DNA of 64,000 bases from the IMG/VR virus record IMGVR_UViG_3300011744_000001, positions 2,218 through 66,217 of that record, one strand, 5' to 3'. This stretch comes from a virus. Its lineage: Duplodnaviria > Caudoviricetes. Positions 16,611 to 25,609 of the stretch are shown piece after piece. The notes under the pieces are model-generated. The model was given only the letters and a program-made list of their open reading frames with translations, had not been told where the DNA came from and did not search any database. The stretch's first letter is position 1; each line of letters begins with the position of its first letter. Position numbers and translations under genes: made by a program.

Positions 16611-18965
16611 ATGTTTAATGATGATGAAAACAAGCCATTCCTGCAATATGACGAATTGGGCTTCATTATCGGTCTAAAGCAAACAGGTCGTGACATATCC
16701 AAGATTGATAAAACAACAGAAGAAATCCGAGACATTTTGCTAGGCTTTCAGAAGAACCTGGAACAATCACTATTATCAAAATATTCGGTACCCAAACCTA
16801 AGCTAAGTGCATTAGAACAGGCATTGATTGATGCCCAGATTAAACCAGTAGATTCTGATGATCTATTAAAGGAAATGGCGAACCCTATTGTTCAGGCCAC
16901 ACTGGCTTTAGACAAGGTTGCAAAAACGCTGGATGATTTAATTGAAGAATCAATTCCAGAATTAAAAAGAAATCGTTCCCCGAATGTATTACAACGTCAG
17001 GCCGTTGAATTGGATTCACCTGAGAGTGTACTACGTGAATTTTCCAATAGAGGGAATGAGCCAAGTAGGGATAATTCAACTGCTGTAAATCAACAAACCG
17101 AGACCACACGCGCCGTTGGTCAATCAGGACCTAAACCAGGTGTATCTGCTGAACAAATTGACCCAATTCCAGTACAGCGCGAACGTGATTCAAAAGGGCG
17201 CTTCATTGGCGGAGCAAGTGAATCTAAATCGACATTGGGTAAAATCGCTCAAACGATTGGCACGGCGATTAAGGGTAGTATTGCAAGCACTCCACAAGGT
17301 GTGGACCCAACAGTTGATGCAATCAATGAAGTCGCCACCGTACTGTCACCAGTTAAACGTGCGGCTGGCTTTATGCTTCGTCCACTTACGGGATTAATGA
17401 AGTCACGCAAGCGCAATGAACCATTGCCAAAAGAACAATCTGAACACAACAAAAAACAAGTAAAGCTACTCCAGCGTATTGCTGACAATTTACAATCTAA
17501 AGGTGGGTTGCTGGGTGGCATTGGTAAGCTGATCGGTGCAGGTGGTGGCCTACTGGGTGGATTGCTTGGCGGGTTGCTGGGTAAAGGTGCCAAAGGCCTA
17601 GGCAAGATTCTAAAATTCGGTAAAGGATTACCTGTCATTGGTGCGTTACTCACTGCTATGTCTTTTAGTGGATGGAGCGAGAAGTCTACAAAAGAGAAAG
17701 GTCAAGCAACGGGTTCAGCGATTGGTGGTTTGGCTGGTGGTGCACTGGGTAGTATCTTTGGCCCAGTAGGAACCATTGCAGGCGCTGCTATCGGTTCATG
17801 GATTGGTGACAAGCTTGGCGGTGTTGTTGCGCCGTATGTCAAAGAATGGACTGATTCCCTGATCAATGCAGATATTCCATCCGTAATTAAAAAAGGCTGG
17901 GATGGGTTTATTGACCTGGTATCGAATGCATTTAATCTAACTCCCGCTGGTGCTGCTGTTAAAGGTGCAAAAACTTTTGTTGATTGGGGCAAAGGTGCAG
18001 CCATGACAGTTGGCAACACAATCTCTCAGGCATGGAATGATACCGTTGGCGATGGTGATAAAAAGGTTGCCAAGTTTGGGGATGCTGCTAATTCTGGGAA
18101 GTTGGGGAAATATCAGCCATTGGCGGATGCTATTGCTAAAGGTGAGGGTACTTATACTTCTGTTAATACTGGTGGTAATCCTAGTAAACGTGTTAAAGGG
18201 GATTTTCAGTCAAAGAATGTACCAAATTTAACTGATATGACCATTGATGAAATATTGAAAGCAAATGAAAAACCGTTCGGTGATTCTAATCGAATTAATG
18301 CTGCTGGTAAGTATCAGATTATTGCCTCAACTTTGAAGAATGTTAAAAAAGATATGGGGCTTACAGGTAAAGAAAAATTTACTCCCGAATTGCAAGATAA
18401 AATGTTCATGCATTTATTACCACAATCAGCTAAGAATTATGTAGAGGGCAAAAGTGGTAATAAAGATCGTGCCATTTCTGATATTTCAAGTGTATGGTCA
18501 TCTGTGGCAAACCCAAACACAGGAAAAACAAGTCATCAGGATGGAATAAATAAAGCATCACCACAATCTGTTAATCGAGTTGGTACTGCCCTTGATTTGG
18601 CTAAATCAAAACCTAATATTCGCTCAACTACACAAAGTAGCCAATCTATAAGTAATATTAAATCACCTATAGCTAAAGATGCTGAATCTATAATGCAAAA
18701 AGTTAAGCAGCAAACTTCAACTTTAAGCTCTATACCAGCAGTGACACCTATAGCAACTCGATCCCAGTCTATTGCAGCAAGTTATACTCCGCCAAAACTT
18801 GAAACTAAAATTGAACCAGCCAAAGAGTACCTTACATCGCCTGATCCACAAAAAGTTCATGTAGTGAACTCAAGTGGTGGTAATATTAGTCAAAATGTGA
18901 GCAATCGCATATTGGCTCACGCAATAACTGGTGGATTGGGGATGGGGATTAAGTGGAATGGTTAA
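16611..18965 (+). CDS. Tape-measure-like virion protein with lysozyme-like muramidase domain (P1 Sit-like role)
   Basis: Gly/Ala-rich hydrophobic segments; AIAKGEG..., AAGKYQII and ISSVWSSV lysozyme-superfamily motifs at about 18111-18606. Confidence 0.75.
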   Translation: MFNDDENKPFLQYDELGFIIGLKQTGRDISKIDKTTEEIRDILLGFQKNLEQSLLSKYSVPKPKLSALEQALIDAQIKPVDSDDLLKEMANPIVQATLALDKVAKTLDDLIEESIPELKRNRSPNVLQRQAVELDSPESVLREFSNRGNEPSRDNSTAVNQQTETTRAVGQSGPKPGVSAEQIDPIPVQRERDSKGRFIGGASESKSTLGKIAQTIGTAIKGSIASTPQGVDPTVDAINEVATVLSPVKRAAGFMLRPLTGLMKSRKRNEPLPKEQSEHNKKQVKLLQRIADNLQSKGGLLGGIGKLIGAGGGLLGGLLGGLLGKGAKGLGKILKFGKGLPVIGALLTAMSFSGWSEKSTKEKGQATGSAIGGLAGGALGSIFGPVGTIAGAAIGSWIGDKLGGVVAPYVKEWTDSLINADIPSVIKKGWDGFIDLVSNAFNLTPAGAAVKGAKTFVDWGKGAAMTVGNTISQAWNDTVGDGDKKVAKFGDAANSGKLGKYQPLADAIAKGEGTYTSVNTGGNPSKRVKGDFQSKNVPNLTDMTIDEILKANEKPFGDSNRINAAGKYQIIASTLKNVKKDMGLTGKEKFTPELQDKMFMHLLPQSAKNYVEGKSGNKDRAISDISSVWSSVANPNTGKTSHQDGINKASPQSVNRVGTALDLAKSKPNIRSTTQSSQSISNIKSPIAKDAESIMQKVKQQTSTLSSIPAVTPIATRSQSIAASYTPPKLETKIEPAKEYLTSPDPQKVHVVNSSGGNISQNVSNRILAHAITGGLGMGIKWNG

Positions 18966-18966
18966 A

Positions 18967-19308
18967 ATGAGAAAAATTATTTTATTTCTAGGTTTGGGCA
19001 TTGCTCTAAATTCAACTTTTGCTGCTTCAAATCAAGAAAAAGTAAAAGCATGTGAGCAAACCTTGGCTGCGGGTATGTTTAACGGTCTTTTGGAAGATGT
19101 CTGTGGTTTTGAGGGGAATGTTAAAGCAAATTTAATGGCTATGTATGATCAAGGCCAATGCAGAAAAATAATTCCACAGAAAACGGTAGATAAACTTGCT
19201 AAAGATGTTGTAATGGATACTAAAAAGAGAATAGATGCCTATAGTAAACACACCTTTTGTGAAGAAAACATGCAGCCATACGTTGATTTAAAGAAAGAAT
19301 TTAAATAA
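18967..19308 (+). CDS. Secreted Cys-containing protein (candidate muramidase immunity protein)
   Basis: Signal peptide MRKIILFLGLGIALNSTFA; four Cys; starts 1 nt after the tape-measure stop. Confidence 0.7.
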   Translation: MRKIILFLGLGIALNSTFAASNQEKVKACEQTLAAGMFNGLLEDVCGFEGNVKANLMAMYDQGQCRKIIPQKTVDKLAKDVVMDTKKRIDAYSKHTFCEENMQPYVDLKKEFK

Positions 19309-19350
19309 ACAAGGTTCAGGGAACTTTTATATTTTAAAGGGGTAAAAGTA

Positions 19351-19878
19351 ATGAGTAAAATTTTAAAGAAAGTTGTTTTTGTTATTGGTTTAGGGATGAT
19401 GCATACTGTTTATGCCGCAGATATAAAAACAACTGGAAATGAAAATAAAGCAAACCAGTACACAAGGTGCGCTTCTAGTGCATTAACAACTGGGTTCATT
19501 AAGACAGCTTTTAATCAGCAAAGTGATCGTGAATCTCAAGCTCTTATTTATGGAGGAGCAGGGATGGCACTGTATGCTGGCTATTTAACATCACCTGAAT
19601 ATGCTTTGAGTAGTTATAAAAATCACCAACAAAAAATAAAACAAGACTCGTTAAAATATATTAGCAATGGAACTCGAAATGAAATTTATAAGTTTACAGT
19701 TTCATACTTAGTGCCAAAAAATGAGAAATGTGAACCTCTTTTTAGAGAGCTTGGGAAGATTTTAGCGAAAAAAGATGCTGATTGGGATAATTTTCAAAAT
19801 TCTGATCAAGCTAAGGAATTAATGGAGAATATTACGCAATCTGCAAAAGAAATGATTGTCGGTAAAAATTCTAATTAA
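19351..19878 (+). CDS. Secreted protein of unknown function
   Basis: Signal peptide ending VYA-A; two Cys. Confidence 0.7.
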   Translation: MSKILKKVVFVIGLGMMHTVYAADIKTTGNENKANQYTRCASSALTTGFIKTAFNQQSDRESQALIYGGAGMALYAGYLTSPEYALSSYKNHQQKIKQDSLKYISNGTRNEIYKFTVSYLVPKNEKCEPLFRELGKILAKKDADWDNFQNSDQAKELMENITQSAKEMIVGKNSN

Positions 19879-19911
19879 GAGGAAAGTAGTTCATCGCACA
19901 GATGACTTAGA

Positions 19912-20028
19912 AAACAGGAAGTTGTTGTTAAGAATCAAAATAGTGGTACTATTAATCAAAATGTGAGCAATAGAATTTTAGCTCATGCAATAACAGGTGG
20001 CTTGGGGCAGGATAAATGGGGCGCATAA
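19912..20028 (+). pseudogene. Orphan copy of the tape-measure gene C-terminus
   Basis: Encodes KQEVVVKNQNSGTINQNVSNRILAHAITGGLGQDKWGA*, against QKVHVVNSSGGNISQNVSNRILAHAITGGLGMGIKWNG* at the end of 16611-18965; no start codon. Confidence 0.85.
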
Positions 20029-20405
20029 TTTTAGGCTTAACAATAATTTGTTTAAGCAATGTGGCGAAAGCTGGAATAGATAAATGCAAAACATATACCA
20101 ATCAAACTGATCTTAATAAGTGTGCCTCAAGGGTGCTTAGTGAAAGTGATGCTAAATTAGGAAAGATTTATTCTAATTACCAAGCTGAATTAAGCCCTGA
20201 CGAAAAAAATCGTTTAAGGGAATCACAAAAGTTATGGGTACAGTTCAAAGAAAAAGATTGTTCTTTTGAGGCATCACCTGTATCAAAGGGATCAATGTAT
20301 GGTTATGTTCTTTCATCTTGTTTGGTTAATAGGACGGATAAAAGAATAACAGAGCTTGAGAATATGACTAGCTGTAAAAATGGAACAGAACCAGGTTGTT
20401 TGTAA
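20016..20405 (+). CDS. LprI/DUF1311 lysozyme-inhibitor-family secreted protein
   Basis: Signal peptide; NQTDLNKCA...LRESQKLWVQFKEKDC...CLVNRTDKR is the LprI pattern. Confidence 0.85.
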   Translation: MGRIILGLTIICLSNVAKAGIDKCKTYTNQTDLNKCASRVLSESDAKLGKIYSNYQAELSPDEKNRLRESQKLWVQFKEKDCSFEASPVSKGSMYGYVLSSCLVNRTDKRITELENMTSCKNGTEPGCL

Positions 20406-20458
20406 ACCTCAAGGATTTTATAAGTTGGGTTTAAGATTGGATTAGGCAGGAAGTCTAA

Positions 20459-20704
20459 ATGTCTAAAAGAAAATTATCATATGCCCAGCACTTGGTCAGC
20501 ACACCCAAAAAACGTGGAATCTATTTTTGGGCTCGCCGTGGCATCTCACTTTTGATTGCTATAGGTGTGGGTGGATTGGCTGAATCCTATATTGGCGATA
20601 CTGGGGCATTTATCGCAGGAATAGCAGTATTTTTGGTGGTTTATATTTTTATATCTCATTATTTAGCATTGGTTGTTTTGGCAATAGAAGATATGATGAG
20701 TTGA
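20459..20704 (+). CDS. Small membrane protein
   Basis: Basic N-terminus followed by two hydrophobic helices. Confidence 0.65.
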   Translation: MSKRKLSYAQHLVSTPKKRGIYFWARRGISLLIAIGVGGLAESYIGDTGAFIAGIAVFLVVYIFISHYLALVVLAIEDMMS

Positions 20705-20715
20705 AAGGTATTTAA

Positions 20716-22154
20716 ATGAATTTAGTTTTAGGCGCGAATACTATTGTGCCAAATAAATTGCTTAATATTAATATAAGTGTTTTTGGGTTTCTTTATCTGA
20801 GGTGGATTTTAGTGCGTATGCATTATACGGCAAAGATTATAAGATAAAATCAGATGACGATATGATATTTTATGGTCAGGTTTACAATAAAAACAAAACT
20901 ATTCAATTGAAGAATTTAAGCATTAACACCGTTGGATTTTCAATTATTATTCCAAAGCTGGCAGATGATGTGCAGCGGATTGCTGTATGTGCAACATTGG
21001 TAGAAACCGACACAAAATTTTCTATCCTGAACAGGCTAAATGTCAAAGTTCAGTTAGAGGAAAGCTTGATATGTGGGGGTGATATAGATTGCAAAGATAG
21101 ACAAGAATCAGCATTAATCTTGTGTGAGCTATATCGGCATAAAGATAACTGGAAGTTCAAACTAGTTGGTCAAGGCTTTTATGGTGGTTTGAAGCCGTTA
21201 GCTGAGTTTTACGGAGTTGAGATTGCTGATGAGCAAGTTATTGAGCAGTTTGAAAATAAAGTCATCTTAGATATTTCACATGAAATAATAAAGGAGTTTA
21301 AGATTTTACTCAAAGACTTGTTAGATATTGAAAATCCATTAAACAAAAAAGCCCAGAAAAAGATTGAAAATTTTTGTGATAGCAAAAAAATAGATTTTGA
21401 AGAAATTATTTCTTATGCAAGACGTGAAGTGAATAGTTTTATGGAGTTCTATTTGTCATCCTATTATTTTGATGACATAGAGGAAGATAAGGCTCACTTT
21501 AAAAATTTATATGATATTTTTAAACCCAGCAAAAGAATTATCACAGATACCAACAAGATGTTTTCACGTTTAGATCGTGCTGATAAAGTTAGAAAAGGAA
21601 AACTAAAACCTATTCAAGTTAAAGGGATAATTACCAAAAATACTGAGCTTATATTCTTCTATTTGGATTATGTAACTTTACCTTATGACGAAGATGAAGA
21701 AAATATCTATGTGCACGAGGGGGAAATTTTCCTAACAAATGAAAGAATAATTTTTAAATCTATTGATCAAGTTATAAATATACCATTTTCTAATTTGGTA
21801 TCTGTTGATTTAAATAATGATGAGTTGTCCATCTTATCAAAATCTAAAAAAGCATCATGCACAATATTTTCAGATGATGCCTGTGTTTTACATGCTTATA
21901 TTGAATTGGCATTAAAAATGTATCATAGGCAGGCTGATGTTTTACAAAGCAGTAGTTATAAGAGAAAGAAAATTCCCCAAGCAATAATGTCAACGGTGTG
22001 GCAACGTTGTGGTGGCGCTTGTGTTGAATGTGGTCGAACTCACGCTTTAGAATTTGATCACATTATTCCTTTATCTAAAGGTGGTTCAAATTCTGATAAA
22101 AACTTACAGATACTATGTCGGGAGTGTAATTTGAAAAAACATGGACGAATATAG
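20716..22154 (+). CDS. TerD-domain / PH-like / HNH endonuclease fusion with apparent 5' frameshift
   Basis: TerD motifs (DDMIFYGQ; LILCELYRHKDNWKFKLVGQGFYGGL), EGEIFLTNERIIF and C-terminal HNH (CVEC...FDHIIPLSKGGSN...LQILCRECN). The TerD-like start MNLVLGAN at 20716 is 1 nt out of frame with the 20802 ORF. Confidence 0.8.
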
Positions 22155-22214
22155 GTTAAATCCCCCATTTTTTTACACCATCAATAATCATTTAAAACCA
22201 TTCAAGTCAAAATT

Positions 22215-22544
22215 ATGAAAACCAAAACTCTAGCCTTAATAACCCTTTCTCTACTAACAATCGGATGCCAAAAGCAACACGTATCCGATCCAAAAGCCAC
22301 GGCGCAAATTGAAGCTGCTGATAAAAAGATTGGTGAGTATCTGGACCTGCTGGACAATCCTAATGCGGATAGAGAAGAACAGAGAAAAGTGTTGTGTGAA
22401 GAATATCCAAGCACCTATGAAAAAGACTATGTGCCTGCATTGTTAAAGCTTGAACCAGGCAATTACACCAAAGAGGGCCTGCAAAACGATTTTAAAATAG
22501 TGTTTGACTCATATTTAAAGAAATTGGATATTAAATGTACTTAA
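22215..22544 (+). CDS. Lipoprotein
   Basis: Lipobox LTIG-C after a basic and hydrophobic signal peptide. Confidence 0.8.
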   Translation: MKTKTLALITLSLLTIGCQKQHVSDPKATAQIEAADKKIGEYLDLLDNPNADREEQRKVLCEEYPSTYEKDYVPALLKLEPGNYTKEGLQNDFKIVFDSYLKKLDIKCT

Positions 22545-22567
22545 TTTAGTATTTATTTCTAATTTAC

Positions 22568-22596
22568 TTGCTTATTCACATTTAAGGGCGTATAAA
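22568..22596 (+). promoter_or_regulatory. Sigma70-like promoter of the phage tRNA
   Basis: TTGCTT-17-TATAAA ending 12 nt before the tRNA. Confidence 0.6.
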
Positions 22597-22608
22597 GCTT
22601 CAATCCGT

Positions 22609-22685
<77 letters not shown>

Positions 22686-22842
22686 ATTAATACGCTCTGT
22701 GATATTTAAATTGCTGTTTCAAATATATAGGCAGCAATTAAATTAGCTTAAATAACCCTAAAAAAGCTAACAATTATTAGATTCTATAAATGCTGTTTCT
22801 CCTCTCGTCAGTCCTAGAATTGTAGTAAATCAAAACGATCAC

Positions 22843-23091
22843 TTGAGCTCAGAAATGAGTGATATTGAATTGAATATTATTAATGAATGGCATTTAGCCA
22901 AAGCCTGTAATGGCAACGAAATTAGTGTAAAGATTATTCCCGTTAAACGTCAGCAAAGCACCTTGAATGGCTTTAAATGGGTTGAAGTCGGTAAAAAGGT
23001 ACTTTTACAGTCTGGACAGGAAGTTGAATTCAACCTGGACGGTAAGAGCTTCTATACAGCAGTAAATCAGCTGTATCGTTTGACTTCATAA
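22843..23091 (+). CDS. Hypothetical protein upstream of the cold-shock gene
   Basis: 82-aa ORF; ATG 22855 is an alternative start. Confidence 0.6.
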   Translation: MSSEMSDIELNIINEWHLAKACNGNEISVKIIPVKRQQSTLNGFKWVEVGKKVLLQSGQEVEFNLDGKSFYTAVNQLYRLTS

Positions 23092-23197
23092 TGTAATACA
23101 CTTGTAGTATCTATTTGAACATGAGTAGATAGAGTTAAAAGTAAATCATTTATTTTCAACTCTCTTAATTAACAAAGATTTAAAAGGTTTAGATTTT

Positions 23198-23407
23198 ATG
23201 TCTGAAACAGTAAACGGAACAGTAAAGTGGTTTAATGAGACTAAAGGTTTTGGTTTTATTCAAGCTGATTCTGGTCAAGATGTTTTCGCCCACTTTAGTG
23301 AAATTCAAAGCAATGGTTTCAAGGTTTTACAAGAGGGCCAACGTGTGAAATTCGTTTTGGGTCAAGGTAAAAAAGGACCACAGGCAATGACGATTACTGT
23401 TATCTAA
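23198..23407 (+). CDS. csp: Cold-shock protein (CspA family)
   Basis: GTVKWFN, KGFGFI (RNP1) and VFAHFS (RNP2); terminator at 23431-23455. Confidence 0.95.
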   Translation: MSETVNGTVKWFNETKGFGFIQADSGQDVFAHFSEIQSNGFKVLQEGQRVKFVLGQGKKGPQAMTITVI

Positions 23408-23598
23408 TTTCAGATAGTCAGTTAAAAAAGAAAGCTCACATTGTGGGCTTTTTTTACGTTTGGAATCACCTGAAATTTGAACAACTCATGCTTTCCATAA
23501 TTGATGTGCAGGCTAGACCGTACATCGAAAGGAAAAGCGTATCTCATACCGTCCGCCTTTCTGCCTGTCTAATTTTTTAGACGGTTAGGTATGTAGAA

Positions 23599-24132
23599 AT
23601 GAACATAGCAAATAATCCTATTCAATTCTCAAATGTGGTTTTAGGGAATGAGCAGCAACTTGGTGTGAATGCTCGTGACGTACATGCTGCACTTGAAGTG
23701 AAAACAGACTTTTCAGATTGGATGAAACGCCGTATTAAGCAGTGTAAATTTGAAGAAAATTATGACTATATGCTGATCCTCAAAAAAGAGGAGCAGGTAT
23801 CAGGTGCTAAATATCTCAATGAATACATCATCTCTATAGATATGGCAAAACATCTTGGTATGATGGAGCGTAACAATAAAGGTCACGAAATCCGAAAATA
23901 TTTCATTGAACAAGAAAAGATTGCTCGCAGCGTAACTCATAATTTGCAAATTGAAATCGGTAAGGCTATGCAGTATCTTGAGCAATTCTCTAATTCGCTT
24001 TCGGATGCTGGCAGATTACTCTGTGTGGGTGGTAAGCAGATCAAACCTAAATTACTTAAAGAACTAGATGAGTTGGTAGGGCAAGTACAGCCTTGTCTCA
24101 ACTCCTATGATGGCAAAAATATTCTTGAGTGA
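23599..24132 (+). CDS. AntA/AntB-family antirepressor
   Basis: VNARDVHAAL, DFSDWMKRRI, FEENYDY and EYIISIDMAKHLGMMERN motifs. Confidence 0.85.
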   Translation: MNIANNPIQFSNVVLGNEQQLGVNARDVHAALEVKTDFSDWMKRRIKQCKFEENYDYMLILKKEEQVSGAKYLNEYIISIDMAKHLGMMERNNKGHEIRKYFIEQEKIARSVTHNLQIEIGKAMQYLEQFSNSLSDAGRLLCVGGKQIKPKLLKELDELVGQVQPCLNSYDGKNILE

Positions 24133-24203
24133 TTGGAACACAATCTATTTTCACCATACTATGAATGCAAAATAGCCCTATACACCAATAGGGCTTTTTT
24201 ATT

Positions 24204-24716
24204 ATGGGCAGTTTAAACCTTGCGGCGGTTACACCAGATACGCCGTATATCAAAAAAATCAAGGCAGCATTGGAAAAAGGAACAGGGGATAAGATTCCGA
24301 TTGTTGAAGTCAAAAAAGTTCAACGGAAAGGCGGAGTCAGTACCTCACCTGTCTTTTTTCGGTTTGCTGGTGGACAGGAACTGGTTTTGTACGTCCGTGC
24401 AAGCGCCGATGTCATCAAGGCAGAATTGAACGGTAAGGAAATCGTCCTGCCAGGTGATTTCAGCGACGACTATCAGCCGACATTTGATAATGCGGTTTCT
24501 GGTGTTGCCAGCCTTGTTCGAAAGGCTCAATCAATGATTGATGAGCAAAATAAGAAAGATAAGTTTAAATTGCCACCACGAAATAATCGTGGTATCACCC
24601 AGCAGCTGAATGACAAGCGCGAAGAAGAAAGTCAACTGGATAAAGATATAGCTGGATTGACTTCACAGCGTGACCAATTGCTTGAGCAGTTGCGACATAT
24701 TCAATCCCTCCCATAA
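24204..24716 (+). CDS. Hdf/DarA-N-like virion protein
   Basis: Resembles the DarA N-terminal fold (F.F..GQ.L.L...); coiled-coil tail; preceded by the late-promoter motif. Confidence 0.55.
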   Translation: MGSLNLAAVTPDTPYIKKIKAALEKGTGDKIPIVEVKKVQRKGGVSTSPVFFRFAGGQELVLYVRASADVIKAELNGKEIVLPGDFSDDYQPTFDNAVSGVASLVRKAQSMIDEQNKKDKFKLPPRNNRGITQQLNDKREEESQLDKDIAGLTSQRDQLLEQLRHIQSLP

Positions 24717-24908
24717 ATTTGTAAATGAACAAGTGCGATTAGGCGAAATCAACCCTCAATTTGCGGAAGCAGAATATTTGCGACCCATGCAATCAAATTG
24801 ATTACACCTTAAAAGGCTACTTGATAAAGTAGCCTTTTTTATTGGAACAACAAGAATTTTCAACATACCCAAAGCCATAACCTAATCAAAATAGTATGGA
24901 GTGGGCAA

Positions 24909-25274
24909 ATGTATCTGACGTATCAATCTGTGATTGTTGATGTGTTTCTAATCGTAAGTTATATCCTGCATGTGGCACTTGCGTTCAATAGTACAAAGAA
25001 ATTGGCAATGCCTATGAATGCCCTTTTAAACAAGGGTGTTACAGAGCTCATTTTCAAGAAAATAAAATGGACACTCTGGCTGCTGTTAATTTTGGCACTG
25101 TTCATTACCTACATTATTACCTGGCGCTTCTATACATTGCTGACTTTTTTAGATATTGCTGGTTATGGCCTATATATCTTTTTGATTGCCTTTGCCATGT
25201 ACTCATTCACATTTCTTGGGGCATTTATCCTGTGTAGGTTGATGCTCATTGCTGCACAGAGGGCGGGGATATGA
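24909..25274 (+). CDS. Membrane protein (three hydrophobic helices)
   Basis: Hydropathy pattern; GGAG RBS. Confidence 0.65.
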   Translation: MYLTYQSVIVDVFLIVSYILHVALAFNSTKKLAMPMNALLNKGVTELIFKKIKWTLWLLLILALFITYIITWRFYTLLTFLDIAGYGLYIFLIAFAMYSFTFLGAFILCRLMLIAAQRAGI

Positions 25275-25609
25275 TTGATTACCCAAAGATCATGGCAATG
25301 ATTGAGCACTGGCTTGAATCCGAAATCAACGGCTATTTCGGTTCTGACTATGGACCAGACTTCAATAGTATTTTGCTTGCGCCGTTAAGTGCTCCAGTTG
25401 CCAATAACTTCATTGAAAAAATGAAATCTGACATTCCAATCCTGAAACAGCTAAGCGCCGACCAGCTTCAATTGTGGTCACGGGATGAGGGGTTTGAAAC
25501 AAAAGTCATTTATTTGCAGGTTGGCAACCAGATTGCAATTAATTTGAACCAGGTACGGGACATGCAGTTATCACGTAACGGGGAGACATACGATGTTGAC
25601 GCAAGCTGA
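25271..25609 (+). CDS. Baseplate wedge protein (gp25-like position)
   Basis: NGYFGSDYG motif; directly before the baseplate J-like gene. Confidence 0.5.
   Translation: MIDYPKIMAMIEHWLESEINGYFGSDYGPDFNSILLAPLSAPVANNFIEKMKSDIPILKQLSADQLQLWSRDEGFETKVIYLQVGNQIAINLNQVRDMQLSRNGETYDVDAS

Noticed and set aside
20802-22154. HNH domain as a trans-acting homing endonuclease for the terminase mini-intein
   Set aside because: It is a C-terminal domain of a TerD fusion about 10 kb away; nothing in the sequence links it to the intein site.
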